Source: an uncultured bacterium
Lineage (GTDB): Bacteria; Zhuqueibacterota; QNDG01; CAYUAG01
Assembly (NCBI GenBank): GCA_964442615.1
Contig: CAYUAG010000009.1
Location: forward strand, 1-58,794
DNA length: 58,794 bases
Direction of reading: 5' to 3'
The notes beneath the pieces are model-generated. The model saw only the letters and a list, made by a program, of their open reading frames with translations. It searched no databases and was not told the DNA's origin. Both the position numbers and the translations under genes were made by a program. The stretch's first letter is position 1; each line of letters starts with the position of its first letter. Below, piece by piece: positions 25,735 through 38,100 of this stretch.

Positions 25735-28700
25735 TGATTGACAATGAAGTTAACATAATAATTCTTAGTATAGAGAATATATTTTTATAATAATTAAAGG
25801 AATTTGTTATGAAAAATCGTAAACAATGGTATTGGGTACAATTTTTTATATTTTTAGTTTTTAGTTGTGTTTACGCTTCAGACAAAGATATTCATTTTCA
25901 ACATATTACTATCAATGATGGTCTATCTCAAAATTCTGCCAATTGTTTACTCAGGGACAAGAAAGGATTCATGTGGTTTGGAACCCAGGATGGATTGAAT
26001 CGATTTGATGGGTATGAATTTACTGTCTATAGAAACGATCCCATGGACTCAACCTCAATATCTGATAATTATATTCTGTCTATGATTGAAGATTATACCG
26101 GAGCTATCTGGGTTGGAACCCAGAATGGATTAAATAGATTTTCTGTTGAGAAAGAGATATTCAAACGATATTGCTTTTGTACTGATAGTCCTTATTGCTT
26201 GTGTGACAAACAAATAAAAACTATTCATGAATCATTTGTTGAGCCCGGGATTCTCTGGATCGGTACTGAGAATGGGTTAAGTCAATTGAATGTTGAAAAC
26301 GAGCAAGTGACAAATTATTTTCACGATACTCAATAATTCAATAGTCTGATTCACAATAATGTGGAGGTGATTTATCAAACACGTTCACATCCAGAAGTCA
26401 TCTGGATTGGTACTGAGGGGGGATTGGATAAGTTTAATATAGAAAAGCAACAATTCATTCATTATCAATATGATCCGGATAATTCCAACAGTTTATGTCA
26501 TAATCATGTGATGGCCCTTTATAAAACTCCATCAGAACCGGGAGTGCTTTGGATCGGAACCAGGCATGGATTGGATCGATTTGATATGGAGAAAGAACAG
26601 TTTACTCATTACCGTCATAATCTCAATAATCCCAATAGTCTTATTCATGATTACATCAGGGCTATTTATGAATCCCCGGAAGAACCAGGAATACTCTGGA
26701 TAGGTACCTTTGGAGGAGGTTTGGATAAATTCAATAAAGCAAATAAAAAATTCACCCACTACGTTTATAAAATTGAAAATTCCAGCAGCATCAGTGATAA
26801 TTTTATTTTAAATTTTTGGGAGGATGAATCGAAAATTTTATGGATTGGAACTGAGGGAGGAGGAATTAATCAATACAATCGAGTTTCCAAACAGTTTCTA
26901 TTATATCAGCATGATCCTAATAATCCCAACAGTTTAAGCATTAATCACGTTCGCTCCATTTATGAATCTCCATTAGATTCAACTATTTTGTGGATAGGAA
27001 CCTACGATGGATTGAATAAATGGGATCGAGAGAGAGGGATTTTTACCTGCTATAATCATGATCCGAAAAATCCAAATAGTTTGAGCAGTAATTTGATACG
27101 GGTTGTTTATGAAGACAGAAGCGGTTTAGTATGGATTGGGACTTATAATGGTGGTCTCAATCAATTTGATCCTAAAACAGGAGTGTTTAATCACTATCGT
27201 CATGATCCGGATGATTCCTATAGTATAAGTAATGATTATGTCAGGACTTTGTATCAAGACAGATCAGGAGCGATATGGATAGGAGCGGTTGGAGGTGGAC
27301 TGGATCGTTTTGATAATAAAAATGGCCGTTTTTATCACTATACTTATAATCCAGATGATTCCACTGGTATAAACAGTGATCGTGTATATGCTATCTGTGA
27401 AGATAAAGAGGGTATTCTCTGGTTGGGAACATCTAAGGGATTGAATCGATTTGATCGAGAGTCAGAAACATTTACCTATTATACCCATGATCCAAATGAT
27501 CTTACAAGTATAGGGAATAATCTTGTTATGAGTGTTTATAAAGATAGAAGAGGACAGTTGTGGATAGGAACATGGGGAGGAGGAATAAACAGGTTTGATC
27601 ATCAGACTGAAAAATTTTATCGTTATACAAAAAAAGATGGTCTGGCTAATGATGTGGTGTATGGTATTCTTGAAGATAAGCAAGGAAATCTCTGGCTCAG
27701 CACCAATTATGGATTGTCAAAATTTAATCCAGAGAAAAAAACTTTTAAAAATTATGATGTGACTGATGGCCTTCAGAGCAATGAATTCAATGCTGGTGCT
27801 TATTATCAGAATATAAGAGGAAAAATGTTTTTTGGAGGAATCAATGGATTGAATGCATTTTATCCCGATAAAATCAGAGACAATCCCTATATTCCTCCTA
27901 TTGTGATTAATGATTTTCAGATATCGAATCAAACAGTTCCAATTAAGAGTCAAGATGAGGAAGATGTGATTTTATCAAAATCCATTATCTATACTAATGC
28001 AATTACTCTCTCTTATAAAGAGGATGTTATATCTTTTGAATATTCAGCACTGAATTATGTGTCTTCTGAAAAGAATCAGTACGCCTATATAATGGAGGGT
28101 TTGGATAAAGAGTGGAATTACGTAGGAGAGAGGCGTTTTGTAACCTATACTACTCTTCCTCCAGGTGAATATACGTTTCGAGTAAAAGGCTCCAATTGCG
28201 ATAGGATATGGAATGAGGAGGGAACATTTTTAAAGATCATCATTACTCCTCCTTTCTGGCAGACGTGGTGGTTTAAAATAGTAGCCGGGTTGTTACTCAT
28301 GGCCGTAGTTTATTTTATATTCTATCTTAAGACAAAGAGTTTTAAAAAAAGAGAGAAAAAACTTCAAAAAACTGTTCAGGAACGAACCAAGAAGTTAGAG
28401 CAAGCAAACAAAAATTCTAAAATCCTGAAAGATGAGGCTCAAAAGAAAGCTGTTCAATCTGATTTATTATATAGAATAGGGCAGAGAGTGAGTAGCGAAT
28501 TGGAAACAAAATCTCTTTTTAATGAAATAGTCAAGTCCATACGAAAAACTTATAATTATTTCCATGTAGCGATTTTATATTTAGATGAAAACACAGAAAA
28601 GATCAAATTAAAAGCCATATCCAGCGCTGAACCCGAAAAACATCTTAAAGAATTAACCCTGTCTTTAGGACAAGGAATGATAGGGCAGGCAGTTTTAACT

Positions 28701-28956
28701 GGTAAAATCAAGATAACTGGCAATGTTCGAAAAAATCCTCACTATGTTAGAATCAAAGAAGAAACCATACAATCTGAACTTGATATTCCGTTAAAAAGCG
28801 GTAATAAGGTTATGGGTGTTCTTAGTATACAAAGTGATAAATTAAACGCATTTGATAAAACAGATATTACAGTAATGGAGATTCTCAGTACTCAAATTGT
28901 TTCGGCTATAGAAAACGCCCGGCTTTATGAACAGACAAAACGACGAGCAGTTCAAT

Positions 28957-29344
28957 CTGCGATAATTTATAAGACTGGTCAGCGGGTTGGCAGTCAGTTA
29001 GAAATTGATGCTCTGCTGCCTGAAATTGTGACCTCTGTTTGTGATGAATTTGACTATTACAGCGTAGCTCTTTTAATGATAAATGAGAAGTCAGATCATT
29101 TAATTTTGAAGGCTATAGCTGGGGAAAATGCTAAGTTTGCTCCAGTTAGTTCAAAGATTAGAATGGGAGAGGGAATAACAGGATATGTTGCCCAGTGTGG
29201 TGAGACACAGGTCTCAGGAGATATTAGAAAGAATTCTCATTATGTTTCTTTTGGAAAAGAAAAAACCAAATCTGAGCTGACAGTACCATTAAGGAGTGGG
29301 AAGAGAATTATTGGTGTTCTTGATATTCAAAGTGATACATTAAA
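28957..29344 (+). repeat. 388-bp GAF-coding direct repeat; second copy at 44746-45133
   Basis: I found no differences by eye from ctgcgataatttataagactgg to gtgatacattaaa. Offset 15789. Confidence 0.85.
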
Positions 29345-30867
29345 TGCCTTTGATAAAACTGATGTTACAGCCATGGAGATTCTAAGCACTCAAATTGTAT
29401 CAGCAATAGAGAATGCTCGACTTTATGAACAGACAAAACGGCGGGCAGCTCAAACTGCTTTGATTTATGAGGTAGGTAAACGTTTGAGCAGTAACTTAAA
29501 TTTTAAAGAGTTATTAACCACTATTGTGACCACTATTTGTGAAGCCTTTGATTACTATGGTGTTATGATGCTTATGTATGATGAGAAGTATGAATATCTT
29601 ACTCTTCAGTCCATCACTGGAGGGTATGTAGGTACATTTCCTCTTGATCTTCGCATTGCTAAAGGAAAAGGAATGATCGGGCAGGCAGCAAAAACGGGAA
29701 AAATCCAGGTAAGTGGGGATGTTAGTCAAGACCCTCATTTTGTTCGGAAGGAGAAAGAAAAAACAAAATCCGAACTTTCGGTACCGATTAAGCTTGGTGA
29801 TAAAGTGATCGGAGTACTTGATATACAGAGTGATAAACTCCATGCATTTGATAACACGGATGTGACTGCTATGGAAACTCTCAGTACCCAGATCGCTTCA
29901 GCTATTGAGAATGCCAGGCTTTATGAACAAGCTCAATATGAAATTTCAATACGAAACAAGACGGAGAAAGAGTTAGAGAAACGCAAGAGTTATTTGGAGT
30001 CGGTATTGCAAAATGCTCCGGATGCAATTGTAACCATGGACAAATCCCACAACATTGTTGACTGGAATGAAGGTGCTGAGAAAATATTTGGATACAAGGA
30101 AAAAGAGGTATTGGGAAAAAATATTGACAACCTTATAACCTCTCCTGATGTTAAAGTTGAGTCACAAGGAATGACCAAGCAAGTCCTTTCAGGTAATAAG
30201 GTTCCTTCCAGGGAGTCAATTCGTTATAGGAAAGATGGAACTTCTGTGAATGTTATTGTAGCTGGTTCTCCAATAATAATTGAAAATAAATTTCATGGCA
30301 TTGTAGCAGTATATACTGATATCACTAAGCGGAAAAAAGCAGAAAAAGAGCTAAGTCAGAAGAATAAAGAGCTTGAAACCATGGACAGTGTAGTAAAGAT
30401 TATTAACAAGAAGATTGATCTAGAAAATGTTCTTCAGTCGCTTTTAAGACAAACACTAAATTTTTTCCCCCAGGCGGAGAAAGGTTCCTTTTTAATTTAT
30501 GATGAGGATATGGAGAAGTATCGGTATGCGGTAGTAAATGGATATAATGTAAAAGATGTTAAAAATATTCATCTTACTGAAAAAGAAGTAATGGACAGTT
30601 ACACCGAGCATTCAGAACAGTTGGATGCAGGAGTTTATGTTATACGGAATATTAAAGGTTTATCAACTCAGAATAAGTTACATCGTGTTGAAACTCCCAA
30701 GTCAATGTTAGCCATGTCAGTGATTTTGGAAGGCAGGTTAGAAGGATTTTTGATATTGGACAATATGAAAGATCAGGATGCATTTAATAAGACAGATGTT
30801 CAGAAATTGCTTCGTTTTCGGGAGCATGCAGTATCAGCATTTATCAGGGCAAAGAGCCTGCGGTTGC

Positions 30868-31627
30868 TGGAGGAGAAGAATAAGAATATCTTAAGCAGTA
30901 TTCGATACGGAGAGCGTATTCAGAATGCCATTTTACCCCTGACCAAAAAGATACGATCTTCCCTGCCTCAACACTTTATTATCTTCAAACCCCGAGACAT
31001 AGTCTCTGGTGATTTTTACTGGTTCAATCAGGTGGATGGGAAGATTGTCCTGGCAGTAATAGACTGTACCGGTCACGGTGTCCCCGGGGCCTTTATGTCC
31101 ATGTTAGGTAATGCATTCCTGAATCAAATAGTTACTGAACAAAAGATCATGAATCCCTCTTTGATTTTAAAACGTCTTCATGAAGAGGTCCGTACTGCTT
31201 TAAAGCAGAAACAAGAGAAGGTTGACACCCAGGATGGTATGGATGTGTGTCTCTGTGTTTTAGAGAAAAACAGTCACACCCAAAAGCTTTTATTTGCGGG
31301 AGCCAAGCGTCCGCTCTTTGTTTTCAAAAAGGGAGAGTCTAAACTTACTGAAGTTAAAGGAGACCGCAAATCAATTGGGGGAAAGCAGCGGGAGGAGAAG
31401 CAGGTATTTACCAGTCATGAGATTAAGGTTCAGAAAGGAGATCAGTTATACCTGACCACAGATGGTTTTGCGGATCAGCAGAATCCGAAAAACAAACGAT
31501 ATGGCTCAAGACGGCTGAAGGCTTTTCTCCAGTCAGTTTCTGAGTTGGAAATGCAGGAGCAGGAGAAAGTATTAGCTCAGGAATTAGCCAGACATCAGGG
31601 TAGAGAGGAGCAGCGGGATGATATTAC
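30868..31627 (+). repeat. 760-bp PP2C-coding direct repeat; second copy at 45781-46540
   Basis: I found no differences by eye from tggaggagaagaataag to gatgatattac. Offset 14913, and the translations are identical. Confidence 0.88.
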
Positions 31628-31645
31628 CGTGGTGGTGGTGAAGAT

Positions 31646-34600
31646 ATGAAAAAGTTAAACAATCACGAGCAGAAGGATTTTGGGAACTTTCATCGTTCAC
31701 AAGTAACTGTTATGAATCAGAGGCAAGTCTCATCCTTATTGAAACAGATGTTACAAGGGATTTGGCTTCTGTTCTGTTTTGTCGGTCCGGAATGGGTTGC
31801 CACACAGGACATCCATTTTGAACACATCACCATCGATGATGGCCTTTCACAAAATTCTATAAACTGTATGTTGCAGGATAATAAAGGTTTCTTGTGGTTT
31901 GGTACTCAGGATGGTCTTAACCGTTATGATGGTATTAAGTTTAAAATAATCAAAAATGATCCGAATGATATTAACAGCCTGAGCAGTAATTGTATTACTG
32001 CATTACACCAGGACAGCGCCGGAATACTTTGGATCGGTACTTTTGGCGGTGGACTAAACAGATTTGATGTGATAAATGAAAAATTTACGCGTTTTCTAAA
32101 TGAACATAATGACCCCAATAGCCTTATTGATAATACAGTGAATGCAATAATGACTGACCAACTGGATTATTTATGGATTGGTACCAGAAATGGGTTAGAC
32201 CAATATAATCTTTTAACGAAAGAATTTACACATCACCTTAGTGATTTGAATTCCCCGAATGGTATCAGTAACAATGACATAAAGTGCTTCTATATTGACA
32301 ATGCAGGTGTCCTGTGGGTAGGAACTGCAAATGGAATTAACCGATTTGATCGTTCCACAAATCAGTTTAAAAAATATTTGCTTAACTCCGATATTGCTGA
32401 TTTTATAGTTATATCGTCGATTTGTGAGGTTAATAAAAGGGGGCTTTATGTTGGCAGCAATAAAGGGATTTTTGTATATGATAATAATTTAGATGATTTT
32501 AAGCCATTTGAATGTAGTGATCCGCAGAGTAAATTAATAAAAAGTGTTATGGTTTTACACCCGGATAAGAACAATAATTTATGGATTGGTTCCGGCAATA
32601 ATGGTTTGTTTATACTTGACTTGGAAAAAGATAAATTATCAAATTACAGGCATAATCCACAAAATGTAAATTCGTTAAGTAATGATGGTATAAATGCCAT
32701 TTGTGAAGATTTGTCGGGTGTATTTTGGCTTGGTACTACTGCTTATGGCATTAATAAATATTATTATTCTACTAAAGAGTTTGTACATTTTCATAATAAC
32801 CCTGAGAGATCATATAATTTGTTAGGTAATGCTGTATTCGGATTTATTGAAGATTCGCAGGGAATATTGTGGATTGGTACATTCGGTGGTATGAACGAAT
32901 ATGATCGTAATAACAATGAGATTACACATTATACGAATGATTCTAATAATGAATACAGTATAAATTCAGGGATGGTTTTTTCAATATATGAGGATCCTGA
33001 TGAAGCTGGAGATTTTATTTGGCTTGGGACTTACGGCGGAGGTATAAATAAATTTGACAGGAAAAACAATAAATTTATACATTATACTCATGATCCTGAA
33101 AATGAAAATAGTATAAGCAGCAATATTGTATATAGAATAATCGAAGATTACCAGGGAATATTATGGTTAGGCACAACAAAAGGGTTAAATCGGTTTGACA
33201 GGTCAACCGGTAATTTTAAAAGTTATATAAATGATCCTCAAAATCCTAATAGCATAAGCAGCGATTATGTTTATTATGTACTTGAAGACAGTAAAAAGAG
33301 GTTATGGGCAGCAACCGCTGACGGTTTGAATATTTTCGATCGGGAAACAGAGCAATTTCAAAGGTTTATGAATGATCCGAATGATTACAGCAGCCTTAGT
33401 AATAACAGGATTTACTCGGTTTTTGAAGATAGTAATGATACAATATGGATTGCAACCCAGGGAGGTGGATTAAATAAATATAATGAAGATAGCACATTTG
33501 AAAGATTTACTAAAAAAGATGGCCTTTCAAACAATTCACTTTATGGTATACTCGAAGATGAGAATGGAAATTTATGGATAAGTACAAACAGGGGATTATC
33601 AAAATTCAATGTTGCAAATAAAGAGTTTAAAAATTACTTTTCAACAGATGGCTTACAAAGCAATGAATTCAATACAAATGCATTTTTTAAAAGTAAAAGC
33701 GGCGAAATGTTTTTTGGCGGTATAAATGGTTTTAATTCCTTTTTCCCTGCTAATATTCTTGATAATCAAAATATACCGCCAGTTGTTTTTACCAATTTTC
33801 AGTTATTTAACCAGAATGTTCCCATTGGGACAATGAACAATGGCAGGACATTATTAACAAAGTCTATATCCGAAACACCGGAAATAAAGCTTAACTATTC
33901 CGACAGGATTTTCGCTTTTGAATTTGCAGCGCTTGATTATGTTGCGCCTGAAAATAATGAGTATATGTATTTAATGGAAGGAATAGAGAATGAATGGATT
34001 GGTCTTGGCAACAAGAACTACATATCATTTCATACCCTTCCGCCTAAGAAATATACTTTAAGGATAAAAGCATCCAATAACGATGGCGTCTGGAATGAAG
34101 AAGGCGCCAGCATCAAAGTGACCATTCTTCCGCCTTTTTGGAAGACTGGCTGGTTCCGAGTTTTGATAGCGGTTTTTATTGTAGGCACTGCTTTCAGCTG
34201 GTATAAGATGCGAGTTAGAAACCTGGAAAGACAAAAGCAGAGGCTGGAAAAGCAGGTAAAAGAAAGGACTAAGGAGATACAGGAGAAGAACGAACAAATC
34301 CTGAGCAGCATCCGCTACGGAGAGCGGATTCAGAATGCTATTTTACCCTTGACTGAAAAGATACGATCCTCTCTTTCTGAACACTTTATTCTTTTCAAAC
34401 CCAGAGATATTGTTTCCGGTGATTTTTACTGGTTTAACCAGATAAATGGAAAGACCGTGCTGGCAGTGGTGGACTGTACCGGACACGGCGTTCCAGGGGC
34501 TTTTATGTCCATGTTAGGGAATGCGTTTTTGAATGAGATAGTTTTGGAACATAAGATTTTGAATCCTACTTTGATATTAAAACAGCTTCACCTGCAAGTT

Positions 34601-35059
34601 CGTTCAGCTCTGAAACAGGAACAAGAGCGGACCAAAACCCAGGATGGTATGGATGTGTGTCTCTGTGTTTTAGAGAAAAATAGTCATAAACATAAAGTCT
34701 TATTTGCCGGAGCAAAACGTCCCTTATATATTATCAAGGAGGGAGAGACTGATCTAACTGAGATTAAAGGAGATCGTAAATCTATCGGAGGTAGACAGAG
34801 GGAAGAGGAGCGAGTTTTTACAGCTCATGAGCTTAGCCTACAGAGTGGAGACAAGGTGTATCTGACAACGGACGGATTTGCCGATCAGCAGAATGTCGGG
34901 AACAGACGGTATGGATCGGGTCGTCTGAAAACCTTTCTTCAGAGGATTTCCATTCTGGAAATGCAGGAGCAGGAGAAAGTATTAGCTCAGGAATTAGCCA
35001 GACATCAGGGTAGAGAGGAGCAGCGGGATGATATTACGGTGGTGGGGGTAAAGGTGTAA
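31646..35059 (+). CDS. Array unit A3: propellers, Y_Y_Y, TM, PP2C
   Basis: Same blade repeats, TLPPKKYTLRIKASNNDGVW, PPFWKTGWF, DCTGHG/DGMD/TTDG/RDDITV. Start uncertain (ATGA overlap with A2, or a later ATG). Confidence 0.92.
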   Translation: MKKLNNHEQKDFGNFHRSQVTVMNQRQVSSLLKQMLQGIWLLFCFVGPEWVATQDIHFEHITIDDGLSQNSINCMLQDNKGFLWFGTQDGLNRYDGIKFKIIKNDPNDINSLSSNCITALHQDSAGILWIGTFGGGLNRFDVINEKFTRFLNEHNDPNSLIDNTVNAIMTDQLDYLWIGTRNGLDQYNLLTKEFTHHLSDLNSPNGISNNDIKCFYIDNAGVLWVGTANGINRFDRSTNQFKKYLLNSDIADFIVISSICEVNKRGLYVGSNKGIFVYDNNLDDFKPFECSDPQSKLIKSVMVLHPDKNNNLWIGSGNNGLFILDLEKDKLSNYRHNPQNVNSLSNDGINAICEDLSGVFWLGTTAYGINKYYYSTKEFVHFHNNPERSYNLLGNAVFGFIEDSQGILWIGTFGGMNEYDRNNNEITHYTNDSNNEYSINSGMVFSIYEDPDEAGDFIWLGTYGGGINKFDRKNNKFIHYTHDPENENSISSNIVYRIIEDYQGILWLGTTKGLNRFDRSTGNFKSYINDPQNPNSISSDYVYYVLEDSKKRLWAATADGLNIFDRETEQFQRFMNDPNDYSSLSNNRIYSVFEDSNDTIWIATQGGGLNKYNEDSTFERFTKKDGLSNNSLYGILEDENGNLWISTNRGLSKFNVANKEFKNYFSTDGLQSNEFNTNAFFKSKSGEMFFGGINGFNSFFPANILDNQNIPPVVFTNFQLFNQNVPIGTMNNGRTLLTKSISETPEIKLNYSDRIFAFEFAALDYVAPENNEYMYLMEGIENEWIGLGNKNYISFHTLPPKKYTLRIKASNNDGVWNEEGASIKVTILPPFWKTGWFRVLIAVFIVGTAFSWYKMRVRNLERQKQRLEKQVKERTKEIQEKNEQILSSIRYGERIQNAILPLTEKIRSSLSEHFILFKPRDIVSGDFYWFNQINGKTVLAVVDCTGHGVPGAFMSMLGNAFLNEIVLEHKILNPTLILKQLHLQVRSALKQEQERTKTQDGMDVCLCVLEKNSHKHKVLFAGAKRPLYIIKEGETDLTEIKGDRKSIGGRQREEERVFTAHELSLQSGDKVYLTTDGFADQQNVGNRRYGSGRLKTFLQRISILEMQEQEKVLAQELARHQGREEQRDDITVVGVKV

Positions 35060-35119
35060 TGAAGATTGAATATAAAGGTGGTTTCTATTTAGTTATTAAA
35101 AAATAAAGTATACGGTGTA

Positions 35120-38100
35120 ATGAATATTAATAACAATAAGAGCTCTGAAATTACAATTTTTCTTAATATGTATAAGCAGTTTAGAGATAACATATTATTC
35201 TTTATATTTTTGAATATTTTTATTAATCTTTATGCTCAGAAGCCGAATATTATATTTAAACATATAAATAATGAAGATGGGCTTTCACAAAATACAGTTA
35301 ATTGTATTTTACAGGATAATAAAGGATTTATGTGGTTTGGTACTCAGGACGGACTGAATAGATTTGATGGTGAAAGATTTGAGTACTATAAAAACAGACC
35401 AAATAATCCAAACAGTTTATGTGATAATTATATTCAATGTATTTATGAAGATGAAAATGGTATTTTCTGGATAGGTACCATGAATGGAGGCTTAAATCGA
35501 TTTGATGCTTCAATAAATCAATTTAATAGATATAATTATAACAGTGATGATTCATTAAGTATAAGTAATAATATGGTAAATTGCATATTTAAAGATCAAT
35601 TAGGAAATCTGTGGATTGGTACTCAGAATGGTCTTAATAGATTTGACTTCCAAACTTCTACCTTTATCCGATATCTTGCTAATCCAGATGATCCTTTTAG
35701 TTTAAGTCATAATTATATTAATACAATATTTGAAGATCACTCCGGTATACTTTGGATAGGTACTGCAAATGGATTAAATCAATATGACAAGAAAACAGAA
35801 AAATTTTTATTTAATAAAACTGACTTTCAAAATAAAAAGGACAAAAATTATTATTCTATAAATTGTATAAGTGAAGATAATGCTGGCAACATGTGGCTTG
35901 GAACAAATAAGGATTTAATACGCAGAGAAAGTAATACAGGAAAAATGACTTTATATCAGGATATTCCTGGGAATAATAACAGCTTGAGTGGTAATACAGT
36001 AAATACTATATGTGTTGATCATCAAGGTAGGGTATGGATAGGGACAGATGCGGGTGGTTTAAATCTGTATGATCGTAAAAATGATTGTTTTTATCATTAT
36101 AAAAATGATGAGCAAAACCCGAATAGTATAAGTGATAATAATATTGTATCGTTATTTCAGGATCGATCAGGTATTTTATGGATAGGAACTACTGGATATG
36201 GTCTGAATCAAGTATGTAATTTTAGTAAGGATTTTAAATATTATCATGAATTCTCAGATGTGCAGGATTCAAATGAGAATATAACAATCCATGCTATTTG
36301 TGAGGATCATAAGGGGGTTTTATGGTTGGGAGTACGGGATGCGCTTATTCAATATGATCGTAACAATAAGCGAACTATCGCCTCTTATAATTATGATTCT
36401 CTTGATCCTAAAGGAATAAGTAAGGGATTTATTTTTTCCATTGCTGAAGACAGTGATAACCACGGGAACAGTCTTTGGATTAGTACTTTTGGTGGTGGTT
36501 TGAACTGTTTTAATCGTGAAACTGGAATTTTTAAACATTATCAAAACAACCCTAATGATCCTCATAGCCTTAGTAGTGATTATATTTATTTTCTTTTTAT
36601 AGACCATAGAGGAGATCTTTGGATTGGAACCAGAAAAGGAATAAACTGTTTTGATAGAAAGGCTGAGCATTTTAAGTCGTATCAGCACCAGCAATACAAT
36701 CAAAAGAGTCTGAGTAATGATTATGTATATACAATTTTCGAAGATCATTTACATCAATTATGGCTCGGAACCGGAAATGGCCTCAATCGATTTGATCGCA
36801 AGACAGAAACTTTTCTATCTTATAAAAATAATCCTCAAGATCCATATAGTATTAGTAATAATCGAATTTATGCAATAGCAGAAGATCAGGAAGGAGCACT
36901 GTGGATCGGTACTCAGGGTGGGGGACTTAACCGTTTTAGTAGAGATACAGAGAAATTTATTTACTACACTGAAGAAGATGGTTTATCTAATAACACTATC
37001 TATGGAATCCTGATTGATAACCATGCCAATTTCTGGATGAGTACTAATCGAGGTATATCAAAATTTAATCCAGATACAGAAGAATTTGAGAATTTTGATG
37101 TATCAGACGGATTGCAGAATCTTGAATTCAACACAAATTCTTATTTTAAAAGTAAAGAAGGTGAATTCTTTTTTGGAGGAATTGATGGATTCAATTCCTT
37201 TTATCCTGATAGTATTGAATATAATACATACATACCACCTATTGTTATAACTGATTTTAAGTTATTCAATAAATCTGTTCCTATATCTCTGGATTCTGAT
37301 AAAAAATCATTATTATCTATGTCAATTACTGAAACCGAAGAGATAAAACTTACTTACCAACAAAATATAATTTCTTTTGGTTTTGCTGCCTTGGATTTTA
37401 CCGTTCCTGAAAAAAATCAATATGCATATATTCTAAAGGGATTTGAGAAAGAATGGAACTATGTAGGCAATAACAGGAATGCAAATTTTATTGGTCTTCC
37501 TCCCGGAAAATATACGTTCTCAGTTAAAGGATCAAATAATGATGATGTTTGGAATCAAAAAGGCACCTCTTTAAAGATCACTATTCTTCCCCCTTTCTGG
37601 GAAACCTGGTGGTTTCGAACTCTGCTCATTATTATGATTTGTGTGATTGCTTACAGTTGGTATCGGATGCGGGTGAGAAAGTTGGAAAGACAAAAACAGA
37701 AACTTGAAAAACAGGTTAAAGTGAGGACGGCTGAAATTCGAAATAAAAATAAGCTGCTTGAGGAAAAGAATGAACAGATTATAAGCAGTATACGGTATGG
37801 TGAACGTATCCAAAATGCTATTTTACCTTTGACTGAAAAAATACGCTCTTCTCTTCCCGAACATTTTATTCTTTACAAACCACGAGATATTGTATCTGGG
37901 GATTTTTACTGGTTTAATAAGACGGATGGAAAGACGGTTTTGGCGGTAGTGGACTGTACCGGACATGGTGTTCCGGGAGCTTTTATGTCCATGCTGGGAA
38001 ATGCATTTTTAAATGAGATAGTAACCATACAAAAGATCCTAAATCCGGCTTTGATTTTAAAATATCTCCACCAGGAGATTCGCACTGCCTTAAAACAGGA

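Larger units (their letters stand above)
25809..31649 (+). pseudogene. Array unit A2: propellers, Y_Y_Y, TM, GAF x3, PAS, GAF, PP2C; interrupted by one in-frame TAA at 26334-26336
   Basis: ORFs 25809-26336 and 26361-31649 are in the same frame and read HDTQ*FNSLIHNNVEVIY across the junction, one continuous blade. Three GAFs end in IENARLYEQ, PAS starts QNAPDAIVTMD, and the PP2C motifs are intact. Confidence 0.85.

Noticed and set aside
26334-26336. Alternative genetic code or selenocysteine/pyrrolysine readthrough at the A2 stop
   Set aside because: The codon is TAA, and TAA, TAG and TGA all act as normal stops for other genes in the window.
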